A stretch of 64,000 bases of DNA, from positions 9,114,001-9,178,000 of the forward strand of contig CM120645.1 of NCBI GenBank assembly GCA_051362555.1, given 5' to 3'. The notes beneath the pieces are model-generated. The model was given only the letters and a program-made list of their open reading frames with translations, was not told the DNA's origin and did not search any database. This document shows, one piece after another, positions 34,531-47,000 of this stretch. The position numbers and the translations under genes are program-made. The DNA is from Lingula anatina. Lineage: Eukaryota > Animalia > Brachiopoda. Numbering within the stretch: the first letter of the stretch is position 1; the number at the start of each line of letters is the position of its first letter.

Positions 34531-36353
34531 TGTGCTCATATGCATGTGTATGTGCATTTCCTTGAATTTTAACACACTTACTGAGCTGCTGCCTGTTATC
34601 CCCCTTTGCCAAGAACGACCTCATGGACTCATAAACTCCGAAATAGATGGCCTGACCAGGGACGTACTTCAGTAAGGTGGAGTTTAGTCCTACAAAGAGT
34701 CCACGCAGCCCCTCCAACTGTAGCACCTGCTGGGCAAGATGGACTGGGCCTCTGGAAAAAATTTAAAATAAATATAAACAAATAAATAAACATGAATAAA
34801 TAAAATTAATGTAAAGTCATTTGACAATATGTACTGCTATTCAGGGATACTAGATTGGAGTCACATTTTTATTTTTCAATTTTTTAAGTCAAATCCAAGA
34901 AACATGTTAAGACCGGTCCTCTTTGACGATTTCAGCTAAGTCCAAATTGTAAATTTTAACAATAAATTATAGGTAAATCTACCAATAAATTGGTTCCCTA
35001 CCTTGCCAACTGAAAATTCTCTCCCACTGCACAATCTAGTGCAAGCTGATGCTGAGTCTGTAGTCTACATTTCAGCAGCTCCATGGGGCACAGAACACTG
35101 CCTGTAGCAAAACCCCCCAGTCCACCAGCCAATGCCTTCTGACCAGGGGTCATTTGGCTAGTGTGGTCAAGACCGTATCCAAACTTGACTGCATCTTCAC
35201 AAATCCCGTAAAACATGAACACCACCATGTTTTTAGCCATGTTTCCTAGCATCATGGGTGTAAGTCCGTGGTATAGTCCTCTGACTCCGTGAGAGTGGAA
35301 AGTGTCACGGAAACACTGAATGCTGTGCCTGTAGGAGTCCGGGAATGTCTGCATCTTGGTTTTTAGGGTGTCCAGTGGATGGACTGCTGTCACCGCAAAC
35401 ATCCCAGCTTAGGTAGAAAAAAGATATAGTTTATAGAAGTTGCTCATCTAAGTTTACGCATGGTACTAGTATAAATGGTTTACCTTATATATATTTCTTT
35501 TTAAAAGAGACCTATTCACAAATTTCACTCTTTTCCTGTAAAACTTGTCAGGCCTGTAGCAAGCACTTGCAAAAGGAGCGTTATTTTTCTGAAAAAGTTC
35601 ACCTTTTACCATGAAACCTTCCGTGTACTTAGGTAAAATATTACCCAGGCTACGGGCCTGATTGTAGTACAAATTCATGTTTTGTAAGTTAAGTATTATG
35701 TCCGGTCAGGCAAAATATAGTACCAGGTTACTTTATCTGGCACTACTATTAAAATAGCAATGTTTTCATAGGATATTGGAGTATGTATTAGTTAGTAAGA
35801 ACAAAAGGTTAGCCATAATATTACATGTATATACTGATTTAATTTACAACAAGGTAAATAAAATGTGACAGAAACTGTGACAGGATGAATGGATGCTACA
35901 ACTCACTGCAGTCGAAAATTAGGTTTCAGTTTAATTTGTTTGTTCATCCCTCCCACCCCCCAACCCTTTTCCCTCAAAATCTTTAGTCCACTACATGTAC
36001 TACAGCTTGGTTTCTTCTGTACGCCAAAGATAATTGTTGATAAAAGATGTGTGTAGGAGGAGGGGCTTGGGTTGTCTCTAGTGTCTAGACTAGACTCTAG
36101 TGTATGTGCTAACGTGTTGGGGATGGGATGTCAGTAACTAACTTCAGCAGTATCTGAAGACAATGCTGACATGCATACAGCATGAATGTAAAATGTAATG
36201 GCGACTTGGCGTCATCGAGGACTTTCATAACGATTTCAAAACCTTATAAAAATACTTTATTTTACCTGCTCCTCCGGCGATACCATTCACGACTGCTTTC
36301 CTAGTGACACTAGGATCTTTCTTGTAGACTTCGAGGTCCTTGCCAATTGCCAT
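30721..36353 (-). CDS. Mitochondrial carrier, SLC25A15/ornithine-carrier-like, 314 aa, 5 coding exons
   Basis: Exons 36353-36266, 35407-35002, 34751-34582, 31505-31347, 30842-30721; all GT-AG, phases consistent, total 945 nt. Three signature motifs PLDTLKTKMQ, PMELLKCRLQ, PVDAVKSRIQ, plus G.RGLY.G repeats. Confidence 0.9.
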
Positions 36354-36399
36354 CTTTCTTGTTATAACAATTCACAGTAAATAATTAGTTATTCAAGCG

Positions 36400-36790
36400 T
36401 GGTCATGATGAAATCTTTACTTCAGCCCGCCGACCCCTTCGATCGTAAAACCGTTAGTCAAGTCCTCTCATGTTTGGGACGCTCCATCCTGTTCGACGAT
36501 CTGACTCCTAAATCCCGTTTTTCTCTGTTTCATCCCTGTGTTTTCTCGGCGTGCATTGGTCAAGAATTCAACGCCCTGACCCCTGGATAAAAATCGTCCA
36601 AAGCACGTGTATCGCCACAAGCTAAGTTGTACACACAACTGACCATGCGCATTTCTATAAATGTGAACGGAAGTGACCTGTTGTTACCATGCGTGGGGGA
36701 AATGCGTTGTCGCAACAAACACAATGTTACGAAAGCTTTCTTTCGCATCTATCGCAATGTTCACCAGGTGGACAACGCGTTTTCCCATTT
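36400..36790 (-). promoter_or_regulatory. CpG-richer promoter/5' region of the SLC25 gene
   Basis: CpG-dense stretch directly upstream of the ATG; ETS-type CGGAAGTG at ~36668. Confidence 0.4.
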
Positions 36791-37516
36791 ATTAATGAAA
36801 TAGTTGGTCAGAGCATGATGCACGGTAAGAGTGGAGAATAAGAGATTGGTATTACAATTTTAACTTAAAAGTTTTAATCTATTTATTTTGGATTTTTAAT
36901 CCAACGTTTTAGTCAAATGCTATTACAGAGGCAAGATTGGGGAAAAAGTTTATGGAATGGCCTAAATGAAATAGTAACCCATGCTAAGAAATTAATTTAT
37001 CTGATACAAATCCCATCTCGTGGGTAAACCTATCAAAATCCAATTAAAAGTAGGCTTTTATCTCATCTCAATAAAACTCTACTACCTGTCCATTCTAATA
37101 AATAAAGATTTTAATTAAAATGAAAGGAAAATTCTAATTGAAATCAAAACTGTCTACACAATCATTCAAAATTGTTGACTTCCATTTCGACAACATGAAT
37201 GGCCTTGTTCAGAGAAAGATGTACCGCATATATATATCCCATTAAGACAAAGGGACAGTCACTGATATAGGCCTATTGGAGATTTAAAAAATAATAAATT
37301 AACATTATATACAGGGGCGGATCCAGAGATATTTTCTGACAGCCTTCCAAATCATCTTTGTTGTTCCATCCTCCATTTTTAGTCGTCCTCCGACAGAAAA
37401 AATTACATACCTATCAATGTGAACTTGAAAATATTATATCATATTACATGTATAATTTTTTTTCTATTTATTTACTATTATTATTTTTTCCATATATGTA
37501 TAATACAAAGTGCATA

Positions 37517-37743
37517 CACTGGACAATAGAAGTGTCACCCCCTGAATCAGAGTAATCAAAGTTATAATGCCTGGTCTACTTTTAATGTGACTAATGAGTA
37601 TAAAACCGCTGTACCATGGAATTGTATTGTTGGTCTTTTTGTGAAATTTGATGTTAATAAAATGATACCAGGAGCATATCATTCCACAGTCATTTATCTC
37701 CCAAAAGTATTGGTTCAGTAGGTGACACTTCTATTGTCCAATT
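37517..37743. mobile_element. Tc1/mariner-type MITE
   Basis: TIRs TGGACAATAGAAGTGTCACC / GGTGACACTTCTATTGTCCA; left end preceded by TA; right terminus degenerate. Confidence 0.65.
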
Positions 37744-37810
37744 AAGTTAGAGAGCCCTTAAATGTAAAAACATTTCTGCGCTCAATGAATTATTATTATT
37801 ATTATTATTA

Positions 37811-37848
<38 letters not shown>

Positions 37849-38668
37849 AATGATTTCTTGTACAAGAAAAACTACGTGTACATACAGTATATGCACCATC
37901 TGAATAAAAGCGCCTTGCTGTTAATCCACATGCATTGCAATGTTTTATTTAAAAAAAATACCGGGCACTTAAAAGTCGATGTAAATTACAGAAAGAGCAA
38001 ACGCCCTCTTCAAAACGTTGCTATTTTAATCCATATATTTACATTCTTTAATCTTGTTAAAGTGCTCGCTCCTTCAAACTATTTACATTAAGTATAAACG
38101 ACCACCATCCATTTCAACTGTACAATATGCCGTAAGATATCTTATCAATACGATATCTCGCGTGTCCGGGGCTTAGAAATTGGGTTTGAAAAATGACCCC
38201 GAGATCTCTAAAGACTCATTGAGTCCAGAGTAAATAGTAAAATCAAATGGTAATTAGTACACACACTTGATTTCGGTCCACGTAACTTTGAGTGCTGGTG
38301 GACAATTTGTTGCTATATCGACATAAGCACTTGCTGGCGACCAGACCAAATGTCAAGCCATCGTCTACTGAGCTTTTCTATTTTTTAATTCACTTGATCT
38401 ACGTTTGTGTTTTATAATATGCAGTTGTTTTGATCTTTCGCCTCTCAGTAATTAGTCTTTTCTAGGTGGTCGCCTAGATTTAAGTCTATATAGAAATAGT
38501 ACTTGAAAATCAGACTTCAGCAGCATATTACTCATAAGTTATCAAAGACGTCACCAAGGTGACAATTAGATAAATCACATTTTAAATGTAGCCATCCCGT
38601 GAGGGAGACGCAATTTCAGGAAAGTTGCATTTTGGATTTCTCTATAGAAAAATTATTTCACCGTCAAA

Positions 38669-40201
38669 ATGAAGGCGAGAGGGATCCCTATCTTAGTTTT
38701 GTTGCTAGTCGCTGCACATGGTAAGTCAAGACTGAAAGGTAAATAAGAAAATTGGAGGAAATAAGGGCAAGCGTTTGACCAGTCGACCCTTGCCTGTTTC
38801 AAGAAATATAACATTTTTTAAATTAACTAATTAATTCAAATTATTATCACCACGAGGAAAATTAGATAGTTGTTTGTGATTTGTGATTATATTAAAAGCA
38901 CGGATTCTTGTGGTAAATCATATTTTCCGGCTGATTCAGCCTTTAGATATTTGAGTTTCTCAGGATTGAAGTTGCTTACATAATCAAGGCAGCACAGGTT
39001 TGATAAATCTGTTAATTGATTTTAATTTTGATACTAACATATCAACCTACTGCATATTTTAAATCGTTCTAATCTTTTTATCCTGAGCTAAACCATTGAT
39101 TACGCACAAAGTTCCAACTTTGAAACTGGAAAATAGGCTATTGCATGTAAAGTCACATCATTTATGTTCATTAACAGAAAATGTTTTGTCTTATTTCATA
39201 ACTAGTTTTTTCACGTTAGGCATAAATCCTTGCTGGTGCTCGACGTCATTTCGAATCGAAGTCACTTTGCCATTTTAGAAACGTGTTGGATTACTAGAAA
39301 ATAGCGTTATGGTGTCCTTCGCATTGACAGTTGAGCAAACGTATACACTTACAATTATAATTAATAAGGAAAGATTACAAAACTATATCCCCCCCACTCT
39401 ATGAAAAACGCATGGGATTTTATAACTCGCAAGAATAGCTGTTTATTACTGAAATTTTGATGCCAGTGTTTAAAGCTCCCTTCATCATTATCGATATCAT
39501 TTAGCTGACCATGAGTGCGGTCGAAGTCGTGGGACGTGTCTTTGGGACTCCTATCCCTGTGACGGCGAGTACGTGGACGGTTTGTGTCTAGGACCAGCTA
39601 ATAGACGGTGCTGTGTTCACAAATATAAGCCTAAAGGTAACTGTAGGTCTACTCTCTCTCTACTAAGCTTTAGAAAGCATTGTGTTTTTAAAATAAGAAC
39701 GAGGTAGATGATTTCGAAAGGAGCTGTGCTGTTTTTAAAATATCATTAACAAGAAACACATAACTATAAGTTAATCCAGGATAGCAAAGCATAGGAAATG
39801 ATGCAAATTTTCGAGTCAGTTTATTTTATTGGATACAATGCACAAGCACCTATTCTAATTCACATAATTCACAATGTGTGCGAGAAAAGTATTGTCGGCA
39901 CGTCCATAACGAGGAATACCGGTAGGACTCGTGATCGATTTGTTTTCTGTGTTTTCTTCTTCTCAGACAAAAAATTGGACCCCGACTGCGACCTCCGTCA
40001 CGGCGTGTGTCAGGACGAGATGATAGAGTGTAATGGAGACTATGTAGCCGGGCTGTGTAACGGTCCCCCGTCCAGGAAGTGCTGTGTAGACCCCCCGGAA
40101 GACCCCTTCAACCCCAGGACTCCACCCCCAGATATCCAGGGATTCGGCCTGAAACTGGTGGATGCTCAGGCCTTGGACACTCGCTGGAAAGGTGTGTGTG
40201 C

Positions 40202-40250
<49 letters not shown>

Positions 40251-40255
40251 CGTGC

Positions 40256-40302
<47 letters not shown>

Positions 40303-40303
40303 G

Positions 40304-40336
<33 letters not shown>

Positions 40337-41110
40337 TGAGATTAAACATGTCTTCAGGTTTTCTACGTAATTCTCCTTATTGTCGCCATTCACCCCTTTA
40401 ATACAGTTGAGCGGCTAAAATGGTGAAATGGCGTGCGTCGGAAAACCTAGTCTTCGTCTAAGCGCATGTACGTGGCGTACTGAAGTGTATTTTACATATG
40501 TTATTCAAATAAATTCTTATCATTATAACGCGTGTAGATATTGTAGAGAATTTTTATTTTAATTTAATTAAAATGAAAAATGTGCGTTTCGAAACTATTG
40601 CGTAGGCCTACATGTAAATTAAGTGCTTGCACATGAGTGTAAGCGCGCGTCAGCGTATGAGGTTGAGAAATTTTAAATGTGCATTTATCTGTACTCCATT
40701 TCACATAAAGATACACATGAAGATTAACACTAAAATTATTAACTCCCAGATTACTGTGGAATGCCGGGTAATCACGTGGTCAAGGGAAGCGTTGCGTCAC
40801 AGAACAGTTGGCCGTGGTTGGCTGTGGTGAGGCCTGACAAGGGGGACGGCTTCTGCGGCGCTGTGCTGATTGCACCGAACTGGGCGCTTACTGCCGCGCA
40901 CTGCATTCAAAAGTAAGAGGCAGATAAATAAATATATATTTGAAAAAGGAATATTACGCAAAAAAATGAAAATAATTCAAGCCAAAAAGATAGAAATAAA
41001 GAAAGAGAGAAAGAAAGAAAAGAAGCATGAAAGAAAAGCTGAAATTTTCAAAGAAGAGAAAATATTTTTTCATATAATTATGCAATGATATCTTATATTT
41101 TATAATCTTA

Positions 41111-41150
<40 letters not shown>

Positions 41151-42879
41151 GGCTGAAACCACAAGCACAAAAGTGGTTCATACGGCTTGGTGATCATGAT
41201 CTTTTTAAAGACGAGACGACTGAACGAGAGTACGAAATTGCCCTCTCCGATGTCTTTGAGGTATTCTGTTATATAAAGTTCAAAAATGGTGAATGGCGCT
41301 GTTTTTCTAGGTTGCCATGTCTTAAATGGAATTTGATAGGCTGGGAATGAGTTGTCCCACCCTTTCCAAAACAAATTCAGTACCCCCCCCCCCATCCTAT
41401 CCAAAATGGAATTGAAATCCATGTTGAAGCATGTTTTTCAGTGTGTTTAGTACTGCAAAGTCTCAAAATGCGCACTGGTCAACTTTAAAAAATAATCTCA
41501 GAAGCCTGCATGGCGAAAAACAGTAAAAAATAGTGATTCCAATCATATCGATGAAACTTTACAGGATAGTATATAAAGCTCTATCGTAGCTGCATGCGAC
41601 GTGTCAGAGGTTAGATTTACGTTAATTTTATATACAGAGACTGTGCAAAGTTGAAAAACGTCATATAATGCCTAATCATGCTGTGTGTTTCTTCCAGCAC
41701 CCACATTACGGCATGGCTGGGACCTTCAACAACGACCTGGCCCTCATTAAACTGGCCACGCGGTCAGTAGAGCTGGACGTCGCCCACATCAACGCCGTCT
41801 GTATGCCCACTGTGGACATGTCCTTCCAGTACCAGGCGTGCTACGCCGTCGGCTGGGGAGCCAAGAAAGGTAACGCTTAGTCTTTGGGCTCTTTCCCATT
41901 GAAGCTATCGGCCCACGTAGGTCGATCCAACTCCGCGGAGACTCTCGCTGAATGTAATCAGTTTAACAGATTAACACGCCACCTGACGTTGAGTAGAATA
42001 CAGAAAAGCTGATGATTATACGAGTACGTTGGAAACAAGAGGAGGCGTGTTGATATCTCTAAATGAATATTTCTTGTGTAAAAATGAATATAAAAAAAAT
42101 AAACAAACAAACAACTTCAGGAACTGAAGCCAGTGGCAAACTGAGGCAGGTGAAGGCGGGAGAACTGAGGTACCTGGACTGTGCGCGTCAGGTGTGGGGC
42201 ATGAGCCGTGGAATGCTGTGTACCAACAGGCGAGCCCAGATTGCCTGTACCGTAAGTTCTTTTTATTTGTGTAAATCTGGTGAGACACGAGCATGTGGAT
42301 TTTAATTAAGGAGAAAGCATATTTTTTCTTCTTCTTCCTCTTATTTTATTTTGTTATTATTATTTTTTTGCAACGAAAGATATGCGCCTTACATTTCACA
42401 CCGTTATCATTGTATAAAGAACCTGGGAATATTTCTTTCTTTTTTTCTTTCATTAATTAATTATTCTTTTGTGTGTGTGTGTGTGTGTCTGTGCGTGTGT
42501 GTGTGTGTGCGTGTGCGTGTGTGTGTGTGTACGGCAAAATATTTGCTTGGTAAAGTTATTTTACAGAATGAGCGCCTGAAACCTATTGCAATATATAACC
42601 TGTTGCAATATTAAATATGGATCGACATTCTGCACATCACATGCGCATCCATATTATACACGTTCTCTATTTTAGGTCGATTCTGGAGGTCCTCTAGTCT
42701 GCGAGAACGAGGGTCGGTATTACCTGGCGGGTATAGGTGCCTTTGACGACGACAGTTGTCTCACAGCAACCACCGAGGACGTGAAAAATCCAGCAATTTT
42801 CACGCGCGTTCCGTTCTACCTAGATTGGATCTACTCCGTCACGCGTAAATACGAATATGATCATTACCCAAGGAAATAG
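38669..42879 (+). CDS. Secreted S1 (chymotrypsin-fold) serine protease with two N-terminal beta-defensin-like 6-Cys modules
   Basis: Exons 38669-38720 (signal peptide), 39505-39636, 39967-40191, 40750-40912, 41152-41260, 41698-41869, 42121-42251, 42676-42879; GT-AG with consistent phases. SWPW, LTAAHC, NDLALIKL, VGWG, DSGGPLVC, FTRV...DWI. Confidence 0.88.
40192..40337. repeat. Compound (GT)n(GA)n microsatellite
   Basis: Visible directly; begins at the splice donor. Other microsatellites at ~34491-34527, 37789-37846, 41110-41150, 44360-44401, 46960-47025, 62780-62830, 63200-63253. Confidence 0.95.
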
Positions 42880-43133
42880 TCACCGTTCTTTAGCCGTGCT
42901 CTTAAAGTTTGTAACCCTCGCAGTTTCTTTGTAAGTCGGAATATTCTTACGAATGTTCGTAAGGAAAGCGACTTACAATTGATTTTTCGATTTTTTTTTT
43001 GAGGTTACAAATGTTTGAATACATCTTTGAGCAGGTGCTGTGAACAGTTTCAGAAGAATTAATATATCAACACCGAATAAGACATTTTGCATATTGATCT
43101 AGGCTCACGATTTCAGAGACACTATTTCCTAAC

Positions 43134-44068
43134 CACGCTCGGCTGTCACCTTGATTGGATAGTAAACGATTGTCGTAAAATCGCTAAATGATATTAAAAC
43201 CGGGTGCATAAACTTGAAAACCACCTACAACAACCTTGGACTACCACATTAATCCAATACAATGCAAAAATAAACTATAACAAGTGGTTAAAGCCTTCAA
43301 ACCGAATGTCGTAAAGTCCCCATATACCTCCATAGAGACAATAAAATAGAATAAGCTTCTGAAACAAGAAAAATCCAGTTCCAACATAATAATCGAAATA
43401 AAATACTGCCGGGCATCGGAGCGGCCTAAAACTTGGCACGCTTACCGCTAATACTGCAGGCTACATCATCCCGTCGCTCGTTTGTAAATTCCGTGCATGG
43501 CATACGCACAATCAAACCGTAAAAAACAAATTCTCGGGGTGTCGTTGGCTAGGTCCACGCAACAATCCAATTCAGGAAATGACGTAACCGCAGAGGTCGC
43601 ATTGTCCAATGGCATGGCTTCTTTTTCGTAATGGTAGGTTAGAGTGGACCTGGCCAACGACACCCCGAGAATTTGTTTTTTACGGTTTGATTGTGCGTAT
43701 GCCATGCACGGAATTTACAAACGAGCGACGGGATGATGTAGCCTGCAGTATTAGCGGTAAGCGTGCCAAGTTTTAGGCCGCTCCGATGCCCGGCAGTATT
43801 TTATTTCGATTATTATGTTGGAACTGGATTTTTCTTGTTTCAGAAGCTTATTCTATTTTATTGTCTCTATGGAGGTATATGGGGACTTTACGACATTCGG
43901 TTTGAAGGCTTTAACCACTTGTTATAGTTTATCTTTGCATTGTATTGGATTAATGTGGTAGTCCAAGGTTGTTGTAGGTGGTTTTCAAGTTTATGCACCC
44001 GGTTTTAATATCATTTAGCGATTTTACGACAATCGTTTACTATCCAATCAAGGTGACAGCCGAGCGTG
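43134..44068. mobile_element. Foldback/MITE element: 425-bp inverted arms, 85-bp spacer, 8-bp TSD
   Basis: Arms 43134-43558 and 43644-44068 are reverse complements (two mismatches noticed); TSD TTCCTAAC at 43126-43133 and 44069-44076; termini CACGCTCGG...CCGAGCGTG. Confidence 0.93.
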
Positions 44069-44355
44069 TTCCTAACGCATAATTACTAAATGTGTTATTT
44101 GGCAATATGATAAAAAGGAGCTTTAATGTCAATTTTATTTCATTATCAGTAGACAATATTGGTGTGTATGAATCAAATCTAAATGCAATTTTGATCGAGC
44201 ACATTAAGGCAAGATTTTAGAGGCAAAGAAGTGGTTTCTTTTCATTAACAATAAATCTAGATCAGTAATTTATGGGCATTAAACGACTTGTATCTACCAG
44301 GGTAAAATTGTACCGTCTGTAAAAAAAATAATAGAAATTCGCTATCACACATTTT

Positions 44356-44405
<50 letters not shown>

Positions 44406-45761
44406 ACCCCCTTCAAAGTAAAACAAAGTTCTTTTAAAACAACATTTATTTCAAATCAAGACTTTTCTTGATTTTAATAAAACAATCTAATTACAGGTCT
44501 TTTAAAAGTTAAATGGCAGTCATTCTCATTATTTAGATTGAAAAATTGGCTGCACTATCTTCTACCCTACAATATAAAAATGCTTTCTGAAAAACAGTTT
44601 TTACTTAGAAGCAATTTATCCTTAATTCTGTTTTGCATTTTGCATGAAATGGAATTGAACCAAAATCTTGTTCAATAACTAATTACTAAATATAACTTTC
44701 TATGAACTATGATTTCTATTATACAAAAGTCAGTTTGTCGAGAGTTGTGTGGTACATGCTAATTACCATAAACAAATAAAATATCATTGCCTCTTGCAAT
44801 GATATTTGAATAGCCTTAAAGGCATTCTAAGGATAATAGATCATTTTTACAAAAATATCAAAATTCTATTTAATATGTTATATACAAAATATTACATTTA
44901 CTGGCATTAGGGCAGAACATGCATCTATACAGAAATCTTAAAATGTTCTAGAAAATGTTCTAGAAATGTTGAACACCTAAAACATTAAACATGCTTGTAC
45001 CATGGGAACAGTGTTTGGGTGCATTCCTTAGGTGCAATCGTGGGTAAACAGTTTGAGTGATTACACTGGCCACTGATTTATTTATGTTTAACATAAACTT
45101 ATGAATTATGAATGTGAAAACTTGACAGATTGCACCTTTGTATTATGCATCACTAAATAACAAGTAAATACCATGTTTGTCCTCTGTACCATGGTGCTTC
45201 ACTTGACTGTGGTTACATTTTTTACAGTTCCATCAATACATTGACTACAGCACCCATAATTGTAACCTAGTTCAAGCTCCAACATTTTTCTCGCACTGTG
45301 GTACAGTGTGAATATATAAAGCCTCTCATACTTAATTCTTCTGGACAACCCTGCATCATTTAGAAACTGCTCTCAGCATTTGGTGGAATATATTTTTCCA
45401 AATATTTCATTTTTGAATGAATATTCTTGGTCATAAAATCAGTTAAGGAAATTGGCTGAGACTCTTGGGGATTTATTTTTCCTTTTTTATGAGCTAAAGA
45501 TCTATAAAGTCCACCAGCCACTGTCCTTTTTGGAAACCAACTTTGATCGTCCAAATTATAGAAATTATAATTATAAAGTAATAATACGAATTGATAAAAT
45601 CCTGCACCTGAGACTTTCCACCATGTCATTCAGTTACAGTCCTTTTCATTTTACACAGATCGTCCAGTCAAAATACATTTTAAAATATAGTAAAATCTGT
45701 CTCTCTCCAAATAATTCCTGAACAGGGGGCTTCTGACCAGCATCAATTTGATCTAATTCTG

Positions 45762-46954
45762 TCACAGGCTAGTTTCAGAGCCACTCCACCGTCTGCTCTT
45801 TAGAAAACTTTGGACATCTGCCAGCTCTATGCCACTTTTGTTCAGGCGTTTTCCCGTTTCACTGGATGCTGAAATATCTGAAATGTTAAAAATGATCATT
45901 AGTTTGTATCATAAATGAAAATTCTCACACACAAGCTAAAATATTTCATAGCGTTAGCTTACGGCCACCCATGAATAGGGACGGGAGAGGGGGATCGATC
46001 TACCTGACATTAACAAGAGGGCACTGGCAGCTATACCACCTAGAGGTCAGTGAGTGTCAACATCTGCTCAAATCAGTCTGATGAAGGCCTTTGCCCAGGT
46101 TGGCTGTAAGCTAACGGTACGAAAATATTTTGGCTTGTGTTTGAGATTTTTCATTCATGAATGAATTGGACAATAAATAACTTGACTCATTAATTAAACA
46201 TTCTCCTTGCTAAATTCTACCACTGCATTAAGTTGACATTTGTAAACCATGCAAATTCATGCATGTACCCTCCTACTTTCATGTGCACATACACGCACCT
46301 ACTCTGTTAAGGTATTATATTTATAAGCAGTAGAGTAGCGACAGTGTGCTCTCATACTTCGGTACCATCTTAATGGACATACATACAACTGCATGCACAT
46401 GTGCACGTTAATGCACACTCACACACCCACACACATGCATTCTACACCACTGCCTACCTGAAAGCAGTACCACATGTCTGCAGCTTTCAATGTACTCTCT
46501 CTGCAGTGTCAGTATACAATTGGAGTATTTGCTGGGTGATGCTTTGATGGTATCGTCACATTCATGCTTTTCCAGATATTCAATTATTTCCTTATATTTG
46601 TGAAATACTTCTAATATTTTGTCTGCCTTCTGAATACGAATTTCATCATCTCCAGGGTCAGTCTGTGAAATCCTGAAATATCCAAATAAATAAATAATCC
46701 ATTTAATCATAGATAAATATTAAAAATACTACAACTACAAAGAAAAATAGTCTGTTATCTTGTAAATGTTAAATTTTTCAGGAGAAAATACCGTTTCATG
46801 TAATTTTTTGGAGATGTGTCTCTAAATGTCAAGACAGATAGTGTGTGTGCGTGTATGTATGTGTGTGTGTGTGTGTGTGAGGGAGAGAGGTGTATTGAAC
46901 CACAAATTTGAGGACAAAAAGGTCATAAAAAGAAAAAAAATGGGTCATCCCTTG

Positions 46955-47000
<46 letters not shown>

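Noticed and set aside
39963-40401. ORFs with CVCVCV/ERERER/THTHTH runs (also ~34478, 42351, 46826)
   Set aside because: Translations of dinucleotide microsatellites.
43466-43705. 79-aa ORF across the palindrome centre
   Set aside because: No transposase motif; chance ORF in a non-autonomous element.
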